64,000 nt of DNA from an uncultured delta proteobacterium. GTDB taxonomy: Bacteria > Desulfobacterota > Binatia > Bin18. The stretch is from NCBI GenBank assembly GCA_963733195.1, contig CAVTCR010000041.1, positions 1 through 64,000 of the forward strand. Direction: 5' to 3'. The notes beneath the pieces were generated by a model, which was given only the letters and a program-made list of their open reading frames with translations, ran no database searches and was not told the DNA's origin. Position numbers and translations under genes: made by a program. Shown here in pieces: positions 22,231-33,286 of the stretch. Position 1 is the first letter of the stretch, and each line of letters starts with the position of its first letter.

Positions 22231-23367
22231 TTAGACGGTAAGAATGTGGATCGTACAAGCGGACCCTAAGCCAATCACATGCGCCATACCGGCCTTTGCC
22301 CCTTCAACCTGTCGTGCGCCAGCTTGGCCGCGTAGATGGGTTACGACCTCGTAAATGTTGGCCACACCAGTTGCTCCTAACGGATGGCCCTTAGACAACA
22401 GGCCACCACTGGCATTAACCGGGATCTCACCACCGATACTCGTCCGGCCTTCATCAATCATACGACCAGCTTCACCTTCACCACACAAGCCCAGATTTTC
22501 GTAATGAAGCAGTTCAGCAGTTGCAAAGCAGTCATGGAGTTCAACGAGATCGAGATCCTTCGGACCGAGACCTGCTTTCTCATACGCTTGCTTCGCGGCG
22601 TTCCTCGTCAACGTGTTTACATCAGGCATGGTCAGGTCACGATCAGTCCACGGATCAGACGTCAACACCGAACAGGCAACTTTCACCGGCTTTGCAGTAA
22701 ATTGCTTCATTTTTTCAGCCGACACCAGGATTGCTGCGGCAGCGCCATCACCAGTCGGGCAGCACATGTAGAGCGTGTTGGGATAAGCAACCATACGACC
22801 TTTCACCACATCGCCCAGAGAGACTTCGACTTGATACTGTGACAGTGGATTATGAACTGAATGCTTGTGATTCTTGACCGATACCTTGGCAAATTGCTCG
22901 AACGTCGTACCGTACTTGCGCATGTGTTCGACACCTGCTTGGCCAAAAACAGCAGGCATCAGTCCACTACCGAGCACGCCTTCGACACTTTCCCCGCCAC
23001 TACGTGCGCCACCGCCAAGCAGACCCATCTTCCCCATTTGCTCGACACCCACGGCCATAGTGATATCATACATGCCTGACGCGATTCCCATGTAAGCTTC
23101 GCGGAAAGCAGTCGATCCAGTCGCGCAAGCATTCGTCACATTCAATGCAGGAATACCGGTCTGACCAATCTGCTGCAGGATACGTTGCGCGTTCATTGAG
23201 CTCGATTGGAACAGGTTCCCACAGACGAGGAGCTCGATATCTTTAATCGTCATGCCTGCGTCTTTAAGGGCAAGCAGGGCAGCGTCAGCCCCAAGTTGGG
23301 GAACATCTTTGTCAGGGTAGCGACCAAATTTAATCATGCCAACACCGAGGACGTATACGTCTCGCAT
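22231..23367 (-). CDS. thiolase family protein (SCP-x/nsLTP type)
   Basis: NACATGS, ELHDCF, GGLLSKGHPLGATG. Confidence 0.93.
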   Translation of the reverse strand: MRDVYVLGVGMIKFGRYPDKDVPQLGADAALLALKDAGMTIKDIELLVCGNLFQSSSMNAQRILQQIGQTGIPALNVTNACATGSTAFREAYMGIASGMYDITMAVGVEQMGKMGLLGGGARSGGESVEGVLGSGLMPAVFGQAGVEHMRKYGTTFEQFAKVSVKNHKHSVHNPLSQYQVEVSLGDVVKGRMVAYPNTLYMCCPTGDGAAAAILVSAEKMKQFTAKPVKVACSVLTSDPWTDRDLTMPDVNTLTRNAAKQAYEKAGLGPKDLDLVELHDCFATAELLHYENLGLCGEGEAGRMIDEGRTSIGGEIPVNASGGLLSKGHPLGATGVANIYEVVTHLRGQAGARQVEGAKAGMAHVIGLGSACTIHILTV

Positions 23368-23402
23368 AGGCTCCTCCTTAACGACTGCCTGCTAGATTAG
23401 GG

Positions 23403-23870
23403 TTAATTGTGACTGGGACGGAAGAAAAACGCAATGATGTCAATAATCTCTTCGACACCTGCGGCATTTTTTTCTTTGCGTTCACGCACCTTGCGGGTGA
23501 TCATTTCGACCGGCATGCCAAAAGTGATTTTCGCTGGGTCAGGTTCGATGTCGACGAGGTTGCAGCGAATGCTGACTCCTTCAGGAAGGTCGACGATAGC
23601 AGAAATATAGGGGACAGGAATCCCAGGAGCAGACTGATGAACGATAGAATAGACGTAGAGAGTCCCACGATCACTGAGTTTGATCTGTTCAATCTTGCCG
23701 GCAGCCATGCATTTACTGCAACCGACTCGACCTTCACCGATATAAGCTGCACCACAGGCCGTACATCGGTACCCCGCAAGATAAGCTTTCTCTCCCGGGT
23801 TTGATGGCAGATGCAACATGTCAGCGATCGCGCGTTGCTTGTGCTCTGCGGAACTTCCCTCTGCAGCCAT
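23403..23870 (-). CDS. DUF35-type Zn-ribbon/OB-fold thiolase partner
   Basis: CTACG...CSKC, GTLYVYSIVH, PYISAIVDL, GMPVEM. Confidence 0.9.
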   Translation of the reverse strand: MAAEGSSAEHKQRAIADMLHLPSNPGEKAYLAGYRCTACGAAYIGEGRVGCSKCMAAGKIEQIKLSDRGTLYVYSIVHQSAPGIPVPYISAIVDLPEGVSIRCNLVDIEPDPAKITFGMPVEMITRKVRERKEKNAAGVEEIIDIIAFFFRPSHN

Positions 23871-23913
23871 GTGACTACCCCCTTACTCTATTCGCTAGCT
23901 GCACGCGACCTAC

Positions 23914-24114
23914 TTAAGCAACGGTCCCGGTACCGTGTAGGAACAGGAAACCGTGAAGTGCTTTGTCTGCTTCCTTTCGCATGCGGTCATGTTTGATGCC
24001 ATTGCCGGCACCATCAAACCAACCGCGGAAAGGGCTGAGCAGGTCTGTGCCATAATGGAGGTACCCATACATGACGAGAAGGCCGAAAACAAGTCCTTGG
24101 AAAAATGGTTTCAT
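23914..24114 (-). CDS. small hypothetical membrane protein
   Basis: MKPFFQGLVFGLLVMYGYLHYG hydrophobic N-terminus. Confidence 0.5.
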   Translation of the reverse strand: MKPFFQGLVFGLLVMYGYLHYGTDLLSPFRGWFDGAGNGIKHDRMRKEADKALHGFLFLHGTGTVA

Positions 24115-24188
24115 GCTCGTAATATCGGTCGAAATCACCCGTTTCTTAAGCAATTGAAGGACTCCAATCAGAAGGCTATATACACTCC

Positions 24189-24920
24189 GTGAGGAAAATT
24201 CTCGCTACACTCTTGGCGTTGTTTTATCCCAAGCGCTGTCCAGGTTGTGCCGTTATCGTTGAAGAGGGCGAAGGTTTTTGTCCACATTGCTTGCCACATA
24301 TACAACCGATTACCTCTCCTCTGTGCTCGTGCTGTGGAATCCCGTTCATAACCCACGAAGGTCCAGACCATCTCTGCGGTCCGTGTCTGAGAGAACCACC
24401 ACTGTTTCGTCAGGCCCGAGCCTGGGCGTATTACCAGCAGGGGGAAAGTGACTTGCAGCCCCTCAGTACCGCAATCCAGAAATTTAAATACAATCGTGAC
24501 CTGAGTGTCGGGAAAACGCTTGCGTTGCTCGCGGCAGCTTCCTGTCCGTTCGCACACGAACAGTACGATATGATTATTCCAGTCCCATTGCATCTTGCCC
24601 GTTTGCGCTGGCGAGGGTTTAATCAGGCACTGCTACTGTCACGGGCTATTGGCACCACACACGGTATCACTGTCGATCCACTTCTTCTCGAACGGGCTCG
24701 GCCTACGGTGCCACAAACGCAACTCACCGGCAAAGAACGTCGCACCAACGTAAAAGGCGCGTTTACAGTATCTGCAACAGATCGGCTACATGATAAGCGA
24801 GTGCTTCTGGTTGATGATGTCTATACCTCAGGGGCAACTGTCACCGAATGTGCACGGACACTCGTGCAAGCTGGGGCACAAGCTGTCGATGTGTTTACGC
24901 TGGCACGGGCGGTGAGCTAA
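24189..24920 (+). CDS. comF: ComF family phosphoribosyltransferase-like protein
   Basis: double Zn-ribbon, RWRGFNQA, LLVDDVYTSGAT. Confidence 0.93.
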   Translation: MRKILATLLALFYPKRCPGCAVIVEEGEGFCPHCLPHIQPITSPLCSCCGIPFITHEGPDHLCGPCLREPPLFRQARAWAYYQQGESDLQPLSTAIQKFKYNRDLSVGKTLALLAAASCPFAHEQYDMIIPVPLHLARLRWRGFNQALLLSRAIGTTHGITVDPLLLERARPTVPQTQLTGKERRTNVKGAFTVSATDRLHDKRVLLVDDVYTSGATVTECARTLVQAGAQAVDVFTLARAVS

Positions 24921-24974
24921 AACAGCAGTGAAGAGTGAAGAATGAAGAGTAAGTTCCAAAGACTGACCAACTTA

Positions 24975-25030
24975 ATAGACTTGTAGACTCCCAGACGCAT
25001 GGACTCTCAGACTCTTAGACGCATAGACTA
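24975..25030. repeat. degenerate 8-bp tandem repeat
   Basis: TAGACTTG TAGACTCC CAGACGCA TGGACTCT CAGACTCT TAGACGCA TAGACT. Confidence 0.8.
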
Positions 25031-25041
25031 ACAGACTTTTT

Positions 25042-25701
25042 ATGACTTCCCCCCTGCCCATCGGCGTGTTGATCTCTGGTAGTGGCACCAATTTGCAAGC
25101 TATTATTGACGCCATCGAGCGGCAGGAGCTTGCGGCTACGATCCGTGTCGTTATCAGCAATCGTTCAGATGCCTATGGCCTGACCCGTGCGCAAAAGCAC
25201 GGCCTCACGACGATCGTCATTAATCACAAAGAGTTTTCTTCTCGGGAAGCCTTTGAGGGAGAGCTGGTAAAAGTCTTACAGGATCATAACGTCGAGTTGG
25301 TTGTTCTCGCAGGATTCATGCGCATACTGTCGTCATTTTTCATCCGCACCTTTCCGCAACGCATCATGAACATCCACCCTGCCCTGCTGCCGGCTTTTAC
25401 TGGCACTCATGGACAACGACAGGCGCTACAGTACGGTGTGAAAATTGCCGGGGCCACAGTGCATTTTGTCGATGAAAAAACAGATCATGGTCCAATCATC
25501 GCCCAAGCTGCGGTTCCGGTATATTCCGACGACACCGAAGAAAGTCTCAGTGCTCGCATTCTTGCCCAGGAACATCGTATCTATCCGCAGGTGATTCAGC
25601 TCTTTGCCGAAGGGCGGCTCGAAATCCGCGACAGAGTCGTCGTCATCCACAATGCGCCACGTTTCCCTGACGCTGCGCTACGCGTTCCTGAATCCACATG
25701 A
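25042..25701 (+). CDS. purN: phosphoribosylglycinamide formyltransferase
   Basis: SGSGTNLQA, LAGFMRIL, NIHPALLP, GATVHFV. Confidence 0.98.
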   Translation: MTSPLPIGVLISGSGTNLQAIIDAIERQELAATIRVVISNRSDAYGLTRAQKHGLTTIVINHKEFSSREAFEGELVKVLQDHNVELVVLAGFMRILSSFFIRTFPQRIMNIHPALLPAFTGTHGQRQALQYGVKIAGATVHFVDEKTDHGPIIAQAAVPVYSDDTEESLSARILAQEHRIYPQVIQLFAEGRLEIRDRVVVIHNAPRFPDAALRVPEST

Positions 25702-26345
25702 GTACGGTTGACGGCCAGATTGGTATCGACGAGTCTGGCAAAGGCGATTATTTCGGTCCGCTCGTCATTGCTGGAGTGTATGTTCCTCGTATCCAGGAAG
25801 CACAGCTGAAAGCGATGGGCGTGCGGGATAGCAAGACGCTCTCGGACGCTAAAGCAACGACGCTTGCGGCTCAGATTCGCGCACAGTGCCCACATACCGT
25901 CATAGTGATCGGGCCAGAACGATACAACGCGTTACACGCGTCGATGAAGAATCTCAACCGGCTGCTTGCGTGGGGTCACGCGCGAGCGATTGAGAATCTC
26001 TTAGAAAGTGTTGAATGTACGCGTGTCGTTGCCGACCAGTTTGGGGATGAACGGTTTCTCAATAATGCCCTCATGGCTAAAGGCCGATCTGTTACGCTTA
26101 TCCAAAAACCACGCGCCGAAGAAGAGGTCGCTGTCGCTGCGGCTTCTATTCTAGCCCGTGCAGAGTTTTTCCGTCGCCTGCAAGAACTTGGAACCCGTTA
26201 CGGCATCCCATTACCGAAAGGCGCAAGCGATGCCGTGATTCAGGCGGCAAAACGTCTCGTCCAGAAGCATGGCGCAGAGACGTTAGGTCAGGTTGTGAAA
26301 CTTCATTTTCGCACCACGGTCAGCGTGTTGGGCAGTAGCGGTTGA
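25698..26345 (+). CDS. rnhC: ribonuclease HIII (catalytic domain only)
   Basis: IGIDESGKGDYFGPL, DSK, ADQF, VAAASILAR, KLHF. Confidence 0.88.
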   Translation: MSTVDGQIGIDESGKGDYFGPLVIAGVYVPRIQEAQLKAMGVRDSKTLSDAKATTLAAQIRAQCPHTVIVIGPERYNALHASMKNLNRLLAWGHARAIENLLESVECTRVVADQFGDERFLNNALMAKGRSVTLIQKPRAEEEVAVAAASILARAEFFRRLQELGTRYGIPLPKGASDAVIQAAKRLVQKHGAETLGQVVKLHFRTTVSVLGSSG

Positions 26346-26533
26346 TAGCCCTTGTGCGGACAGGATATTCCCACATTGGAATTTTCCGTGCTCCCATGTG
26401 GTACGCTACCTTGCTCTGGATCCGACTCCTCATCGGATTCCAAGAGTCCCACCGCTGAGCTCAGTAGAGGCAACACGAAAAGGAGTTTTCATGAGCTGCT
26501 GAACGCGGTACAGTAGCATTGAGGCTAACTGTA

Positions 26534-26782
26534 ATGAGAAAAGATACACTTTCCGCGTTACCCCTGTGGGAGCAATTCCAAAAAGCTGCTCGCCAACGAC
26601 GACGAAGTCCAGAGCGACTGCTCACCGACTACATGCGCGAACGTCTCGAAATCTGGGAAGATCAGCGATTGGATGAAGAGATACGGCACGACGCTCAACG
26701 TAGTGGCTATCGGGAAGAAGACGCCGTAGACATCGTGCGTCAGTATCGACGGGAGAAGAGGGAACGGAGTGCCGCCTCGTAA
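26534..26782 (+). CDS. putative antitoxin
   Basis: small ORF overlapping the PIN toxin start. Confidence 0.65.
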   Translation: MRKDTLSALPLWEQFQKAARQRRRSPERLLTDYMRERLEIWEDQRLDEEIRHDAQRSGYREEDAVDIVRQYRREKRERSAAS

Positions 26783-27214
26783 AGAGCGAATCACCGTCGT
26801 GCTGGATACCAACGTTATCGTCGGATATTACCTCAGCCACTCTCCCGGTCCGCCAACAGACAAATCTTTGGCTTATGGCGAGACCAGCGAAAGCTACAAT
26901 TGATTGTCAGCGATGAGGTAACCATTGAATACCTGGAAGTGTTGGACCGCCTTCAGGTCGAACCGATTCGTGTGCACTGCTTTGCTGAACGTTTGGGACG
27001 GGGTGAGACCACGACACGGGTGCAGCTCGGCCGGCGCTTCACAGCCAGTCGAGATCCAGATGACAACTTGTTCTTGGCAACCGCAGCCGTGGGGAAAGCT
27101 CAGTATCTGGTCACCAACGATCGTGACCTACTCGATTTACCCCCTCGTCAACGCCGACAGTTTAAGTTCGAGATCGTTATGCCACAACAATTGCTGGCGC
27201 GACTGGAAGATTAG
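26769..27214 (+). CDS. PIN-family toxin (frameshift near 26850)
   Basis: VVLDTNV, SRDPDDNLFLATA, LVTNDRDLL. Confidence 0.88.
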
Positions 27215-27349
27215 CACACCACGCCTTCATCGGTTTCTTCATCCATTTGTACGACCGTTAGTGTGTTGGGCAATAACGGTTGACAGCCCACAATAAACGG
27301 TGCAGACCGGTCCCGTTGGTATTGCAGGTTGTAAAGAAGGGGAATCACA

Positions 27350-27775
27350 ATGGCTGAAGCAAATGCGATCATTCAAGAACTCGAAGCTGCCTATCACCAT
27401 TACATTGAGGTCTTCAATCGCCAAGATGCGGCAGGGTTCGTCGGCTGTTACTCTCATCCTCATTCCATGCTAAGCGGCGAGCAGGGCATGGTGGTTGTTA
27501 ATACAGAGGCCGATCATCAGCGGGGCTATGAACGCATGATGGTTGGCTTACGAGAAAGCGGTTGGGGACGCAGTGGGATCGATCGGCTACAGATCTGGCC
27601 GTTTTCCGCATCGCTGGCACAACTGGTTGCCGATGTCACGCGCTACAAAAAAGACGGATCAGTGTTGGAGAAACTCCGCGCCTCATACATGTTCCGTCGT
27701 GAGAACGGCGCGTGGAAAATCCTATCCTTCTCACTCGTCGAAGCCCCATTCTCGGGGCCGGGAGCGAGCCGCTGA
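27350..27775 (+). CDS. NTF2/SnoaL-like fold protein
   Basis: YIEVFNRQDAAG...YMFRRENGAWKI; RBS upstream. Confidence 0.75.
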   Translation: MAEANAIIQELEAAYHHYIEVFNRQDAAGFVGCYSHPHSMLSGEQGMVVVNTEADHQRGYERMMVGLRESGWGRSGIDRLQIWPFSASLAQLVADVTRYKKDGSVLEKLRASYMFRRENGAWKILSFSLVEAPFSGPGASR

Positions 27776-27917
27776 GAGCTGATAGCAGCGACATCGGACA
27801 ACATGATGCGCGTGCCCGCGCTCTACAATTGCTTTCCTAATGACGCAACACGGTGGAAAAAAACACGCTGCTTGTCCTGAGGTAGGCGAAGGAGTAAAGA
27901 GGCCAAGAGGGCAGGCC

Positions 27918-30900
27918 ATGACCTTTGATGAAGTGCTAGACCAGGTCCGAGAGCTTCTGCAACAGCGTGGCCGGGTGACCTATCGGTCGCTCAAGCTGCG
28001 CTATCAGCTGGACGATGAGTTGCTGGCGGGGGTCACCGACGAACTGGTCAAAGCTGAACGCGTGGCAGTGGATGAAGACGGTGAGGTGTTGATTTGGACG
28101 GGCGGTACGACAGTTGTCAGTCCCCAGCCCCCAATCCCTAGCCCCCAACCCCTAGACACACCACGCATCACGCACCACGTCTCACGCGCTGAAGGCGAGC
28201 GGCGCCAGCTGACGGTCAATTCATTGACTTGGTCGGGTCCACGACCCTCTCGCAACAGCTCGACCCTGAAGACTATCATGCTCGGGTACGAGCCTATCAG
28301 GCCGCCTGTCACCAGATCATTGCGCGCTACGAGGGGCATATGGCCCAGTATCTGGGTGATGGCGTGCTGGTGTACTTTGGCTATCCACTGCGCATGAGGA
28401 AGATGCGGTGCGTGCCGTGCGCAGTGGCTTGGAGATCGTAGTGGCTGTTGGCCAGTTGGAATATACGCCGCCGTTACAAGTCCGAATTGGCATTCACACA
28501 GGGCTGGTCGTGGTCGGCGACATTGGCGCGGGGGAACGCACGGAACGGCTCGCCTTAGGCGAGACGCCCAACATTGCGGCTCGGGTGCAAGGCAAAGCCG
28601 AGCCGAATACCGTCTTTATCAGCCAGGCGGCCTATCGGCTCGTGCAAGGCTTCTTTACGTGTGAGGGCTTGGGGCCACAGAGCCTGAAGAACGTCTCGGT
28701 CCTCTTGAGCTGTATCGGGTGCACGGTGAAGGCGAGGCGCAGAGTCGCTTTGCGGTGGCGATGCAAAAGGGCTTGACGCCACTGGTGGGCCGAGTCGAAG
28801 AACTCAACCTGCTGCGGCGGCACTGGGAGCACGCTAAGGCCGGTGCAGGCCAAGTTGTGCTAGTGAGCGGCGAGCCAGGGATTGGGAAATCGCGGCTGGT
28901 GCAGGAGTTCAAAGAGCAGCTTGGGCATGAGGGAGTGACGCGCATTGAGTTTCGCTGTTCCCCGTATCACCAGAACAGTGCGCTGTATCCCATCATCGAC
29001 CACCTGCAGCGCCTACTGCAGTTTGCGCGAGAGGACTCGCCCGCAGCAAAGCTGGAGAAACTCCAGCACACGCTGAGCCACTATCGCTTCCCCCAGGCCG
29101 ATACGCGTGCCCCTCTTGGCCGCCCTGTTGTCGCTCCCGCATCCCGAAGGCTACCCACCTATTACGGTCAGTCCGCAGAAGCAGAAGGAGAAGACGCAGG
29201 CGGCCTTAGTGGCGTGGCTGGTCGAGGAAGCAGAGAAGGCGGCCGTGTACTGTGCCTGGGAAGATCTGCACTGGGCTGATCCCTCGACATTAGAGGTGCT
29301 CACCTTCCTCCTGGACCAAGTGCCCACGACGCGGCTGTTGGCGGTGTTGACCTTTCGCCCCGAGTTCACCCCACCCTGGGGCAATCGCTCGCACCTCAGC
29401 CAGCTGACGCTCAGCCGCTTAGGCCGACCGCAGGTCGAGACCATGGTCGAGCAAGTGACGCGCGGGAAGGCGCTGCCGGCGGAAGTCATGCAGCACATCG
29501 TGGCCAAGACGGACGGCGTGCCGTTGTTTGTCGAAGAATTGACCAAGACCGTGGTGGAGTCGGGGCTGTTACGAGAAGAAGGGGACCTGTATGTCAGGGC
29601 GCATGGGGGTGCGCCCATCCCGCCGCTGGCGATTCCCTCCACGTTACAGGACTCGCTGATGGCGCGGCTTGGATCGTTTGGCTCCTGTCAAAGAGATTGC
29701 GCAGTTGGGAGCAACGCTGGGGCGGGAATTCTCGTATGAGTTGCTCCACGCGGTCTCCCCCTTAGACGAGGACAGCTTACAGCAAGGCCTGCGGCAGTTA
29801 GTCGAAGCCGAGCTGCTCTATCAGCGCGGCTTGCCGCCACAGGCGACATATCTCTTCAAGCATGCGCTGATTCAGGACACGGCCTATCAGTCGTTGCTCA
29901 AGAGCAAACGCCAGCAATATCACCAGCAGATTGCGCAGGTGTTGGTGGAGCAGTTTCCCGAGACAACAGAGACGCAGCCCGAGCTGGTGGCCCATCACTA
30001 CACGGAGGCAGGGCTTATCGAGCAAGCCATTCCCTACTGGCAGCAGGCAGGGCAGAGAGCCATCCAGCGCTCGGCCAATGTCGAAGCGATTCGTCACCTG
30101 ACCAAGGGGCTGGAGTTGCTCAAGACCCTGCCCGATACTCCGGAGCGCGTCCAGCAAGAACTCTCATTGCAACTACCGCTGGGCTTAGCGCTTGATACTC
30201 ACCAAAGGCTATGCGGCCCCGGAAGTGGAAAGCACGTACACCCGGGCGCGCGAGCTTTGTCAGCAAGTGGGGGACACGCCGCAGCTCTTCTGGTGCCTTA
30301 TGGGGGTTGTGGCAATTTTATGAAACGCGCGGGAATTACCAGACTTCGTTAGAGTTGGCGGAGCAGCTCCTGCCCCTGGCGCAAAGCCAGCGAAAGCCTG
30401 TACTCCTCATCGAGGCCTACTATGCGCTGGGGGAGAATCTGTACTCTCATGGGAGAGTTAGCCTCCGCTCGCTCTCACCTTGAGCAAGGGATTGCCCTAT
30501 ATGATCCCCAGCAACGCCTTGCTCGAGTCCCGATGCGCTTCCTTTACTCAATGACCGTGATAAGTTGTCAGTCCTATGCAGCCTTCGTCCTGTGTCTGCT
30601 CGGCTATCCGGACCAAGCCCTGAAGAGGATCCATGCGGCACGTCCGTTAGCGCAGGAGATGGCTCATCCCGCTGGCTTTGACTGATGCTCTGGCCTGATG
30701 ACGGCGTTTTTTCATCTGGCGCCGGCGAGAGACGCAAGCGGCCCAGGAGCGGGCCGAGGCGGCGATTGCGCTCGCAAGCGAGCATGGGTTTCCCCCTGTA
30801 TTGCGCGGAAGGAACGATCGTGCGCGGCTGGGCGCTGGCTGAGCACGGACAGAGAAGAGGAAGGCATTGAGCAGATGCGTCAAGGAATGGCTGTCTTGCG

Positions 30901-31340
30901 TGGCCCGGAGCAGAGCTAGGCCTCTCACAGCATCTGGCCGTGTTAGTCGAGGCGTATCGAAAGATAGGACAGACAGAGGAAGGGACTATGGTGCTAGCCG
31001 AGGCGCTGGCAATCGTAGACAAAACCGGGGAACGTATGATAGGAAGCGGAGCTGTATCGGCTGAAAGGGGAACTCACCCTTCAGTCCAAAGTCCAAGGTC
31101 CAGAGTTCAAAGTCGAAGAAGCTGAGGAGTGCTTTCACAAGGCCATCGACATTGCTCGGCGCCAGAGGCGAAGTCACTGGAGCTGCGGGCGGTAATGAGT
31201 CTGGCGAAGCTCTGGCAGCAACAGGGCAAGACTGGAAGCTCACTAATTGTTATCTCGAGATCTACAACTGGTTCACCGAAGGCTTTGATACCAGAGACTT
31301 GCAAGAGGCGAAGGCGTTGCTGGAAGAATTAGGGCATTGA
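27918..31340 (+). CDS. adenylate/guanylate cyclase-AAA ATPase-TPR protein, many frameshifts
   Basis: ERRQLTV, YLGDGVLVYFGYP, RIGIHTG, GEPGIGKSRL, EDLHWAD, TDGVPLFVEEL, YNWFTEGFDTRDL. Confidence 0.9.
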
Positions 31341-31353
31341 ACGGAATTGCACC

Positions 31354-31374
31354 GTAGGGCGGGCTGCGCCCGCC
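31354..31374. repeat. REP-like GTAG palindrome
   Basis: GTAGGGCGGGCTGCGCCCGCC. Confidence 0.65.
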
Positions 31375-31471
31375 ATCGTATCTACTTGTTCCTGAGTCGC
31401 GGGGGGTCAGTGCGAGAGATGACTTGCTCTGACATGTCTGACACATGGGGTCCAGGTTTTTACAAACCGTC

Positions 31472-33127
31472 CTATCGGATTGTGAACTCGGCAGCGCAGC
31501 CGTTATTCACCCAAATCCCCTCCCGATCCAATCCCCAACTACTCCCACGCACGCAGCTGGCATCGCTCAGTTGACGGATTAGCCTGACTCTTCTGCCTCG
31601 ATGATAAACCGGGCAGCGGTTGTAATCAAAGTGTTCGGACCTACAGGTAATGCTCCTTCCACCGCCACTACCTCCTCCACCCCAACCCCCACCTCCTCCG
31701 CCCCAACCCTCACCTCCTCCGCCGCGACCTACGGAGAAAATCGCCCGGCAGCCGTTCCGTACCCAAATACCACTGCCGTCACCTTCCGTCCCCCAGGTTT
31801 CGTACTGTCGGCACGGCGCATTGCTCAACTGTCGCTGTAGTCGTACTCGCCCACTCGTGTAGGTCGGACAATAGACATTATGCGAAATAAGCTACAATAG
31901 GTTGGTGCTTGAATATGAACGATTGAAAAAAGACCGACGACGATTGCTGGCGTTGACGGGATTGACCCACAAAGAGTTTGAGGCGTTGCATCAGGCATTT
32001 AGCGCTGTCTATGCAACAGAGTATCCCAGAGACAAAACGGCGGACTGGGCGAGGCCGCAAACGACAGAGTGGAGGAGGCCGCAAAGGACAGCTGCCGACG
32101 ACAGAGCAGAAACTCCTGTTTAGCCTGGTGTATCAGAAGACCTATCCGCTGCAGGCGTTGCTGGGTGAGGTGTTTGGGCTGAGTCAGTCGCGGGCGAACC
32201 GCTGGATTCAGCGCTTGCTGCCGATTCTGAAGCAGGCGTTGGACGAGTTGGGAGTGCTGCCCAGCCGTGCGCCGGAGGACTTTGCCGAGCAGGAACGGAG
32301 CCAGCAAGAAACGGCGGCTCTGATTATCGATGGGACCGACCGGCGCCGCCAACGCCCGAAAAATCAGGAAAAACAGGCCTTGCACTACAGTGGCAAGCAC
32401 AAGACGCACAGTGACAAGAACGTGGTGGTGGTTAATGCGAAGACCAAACGCGTGGGCTATTTGAGTCAAACGTATGCCGGGAAAATGCATGACAAAAAGA
32501 TCGTGGATAGCGAACCGATTTGCTATCCGCCCGAGCACGATCCTGTATAAGGACACTGGCTTTCAAGGGTATGAACCTCAAGTGCAACAGACTCACCAGC
32601 CGAAAAAAAGCCGCGCAAAGGGAACGTTAACCCGGGGCCAAAAGCGTCACAATCGCAAGCTGTCCCGCGTTCGGCGTCCGGGTAGAGCATGCCCTGGCGG
32701 GGGTGAAACGCTCGCGAATTGTGAAGGAGGTCTTTCGCAATACCAAAGAGGAATTGTCAGATCTGGTAATGGTCGTCGCATGTGGATTACACAATCTCCG
32801 CGTGCGGTACCGCAAACGGCGGCTGCGAATATGAGCGAAAGTTATTTCGCATAATGTCTAATAAGCATAGCGGTCGCTTTGGGATTCACATCGCACGTTC
32901 CGCCACCCTCCCGCTCCCCATTGTACAGGCGTCAAGCGAGGTTGGGTTTCATCCGCACCCTCCGGCAGGAGCCACTCCGCATTCTGGACGTAACCGACGA
33001 AGGACTGCGACTCCTCCCCTAACAAAGTCCCTGGAGTCCCGCCATTAAGTTCCGCAGCCATAGCAATCTTGACGGCGGGCGTGAGTACAACAACCGCAAG
33101 AGCAACAGCATGCAGCATCTGTCGCAT
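31472..33127 (-). pseudogene. secreted DUF3011-like repeat protein interrupted by an IS5-family element
   Basis: signal peptide; repeated C.S...C..RL.RQLS..C..WG...IWV..GC.A.F units; IS removal restores DRYAYCPTYT in frame. Confidence 0.85.
31873..32859 (+). mobile_element. IS5 family (ISL2-like, HTH_Tnp_4/DDE_Tnp_4) element
   Basis: perfect IRs AGACATTATGCGAAATAA/TTATTTCGCATAATGTCT; 3-bp TSD AAT; IIDGTD, YSGKHKTH, DTGFQG. Confidence 0.92.
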
Positions 33128-33286
33128 AATAACCTCACTCAGTAGGGATTTTCGCAGGGTATTACAACAAACGGTGTCATCGTGTAAAGAGGGAGACGCC
33201 GCGGGAATCCAGGTTTCGGGGCAGAAAAGATTGACATCTCTGAGGCAATAATGGCAGACTAGCCTTGATTACAGAGGAGGGGTTCT

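Noticed and set aside
22231-23870. Thiolase plus DUF35 pair as a new system
   Set aside because: Well-known gene pairing.
31655-31725. CCT/CCA-rich low-complexity tract
   Set aside because: Encodes the Gly/Trp linker of the DUF3011-like protein.
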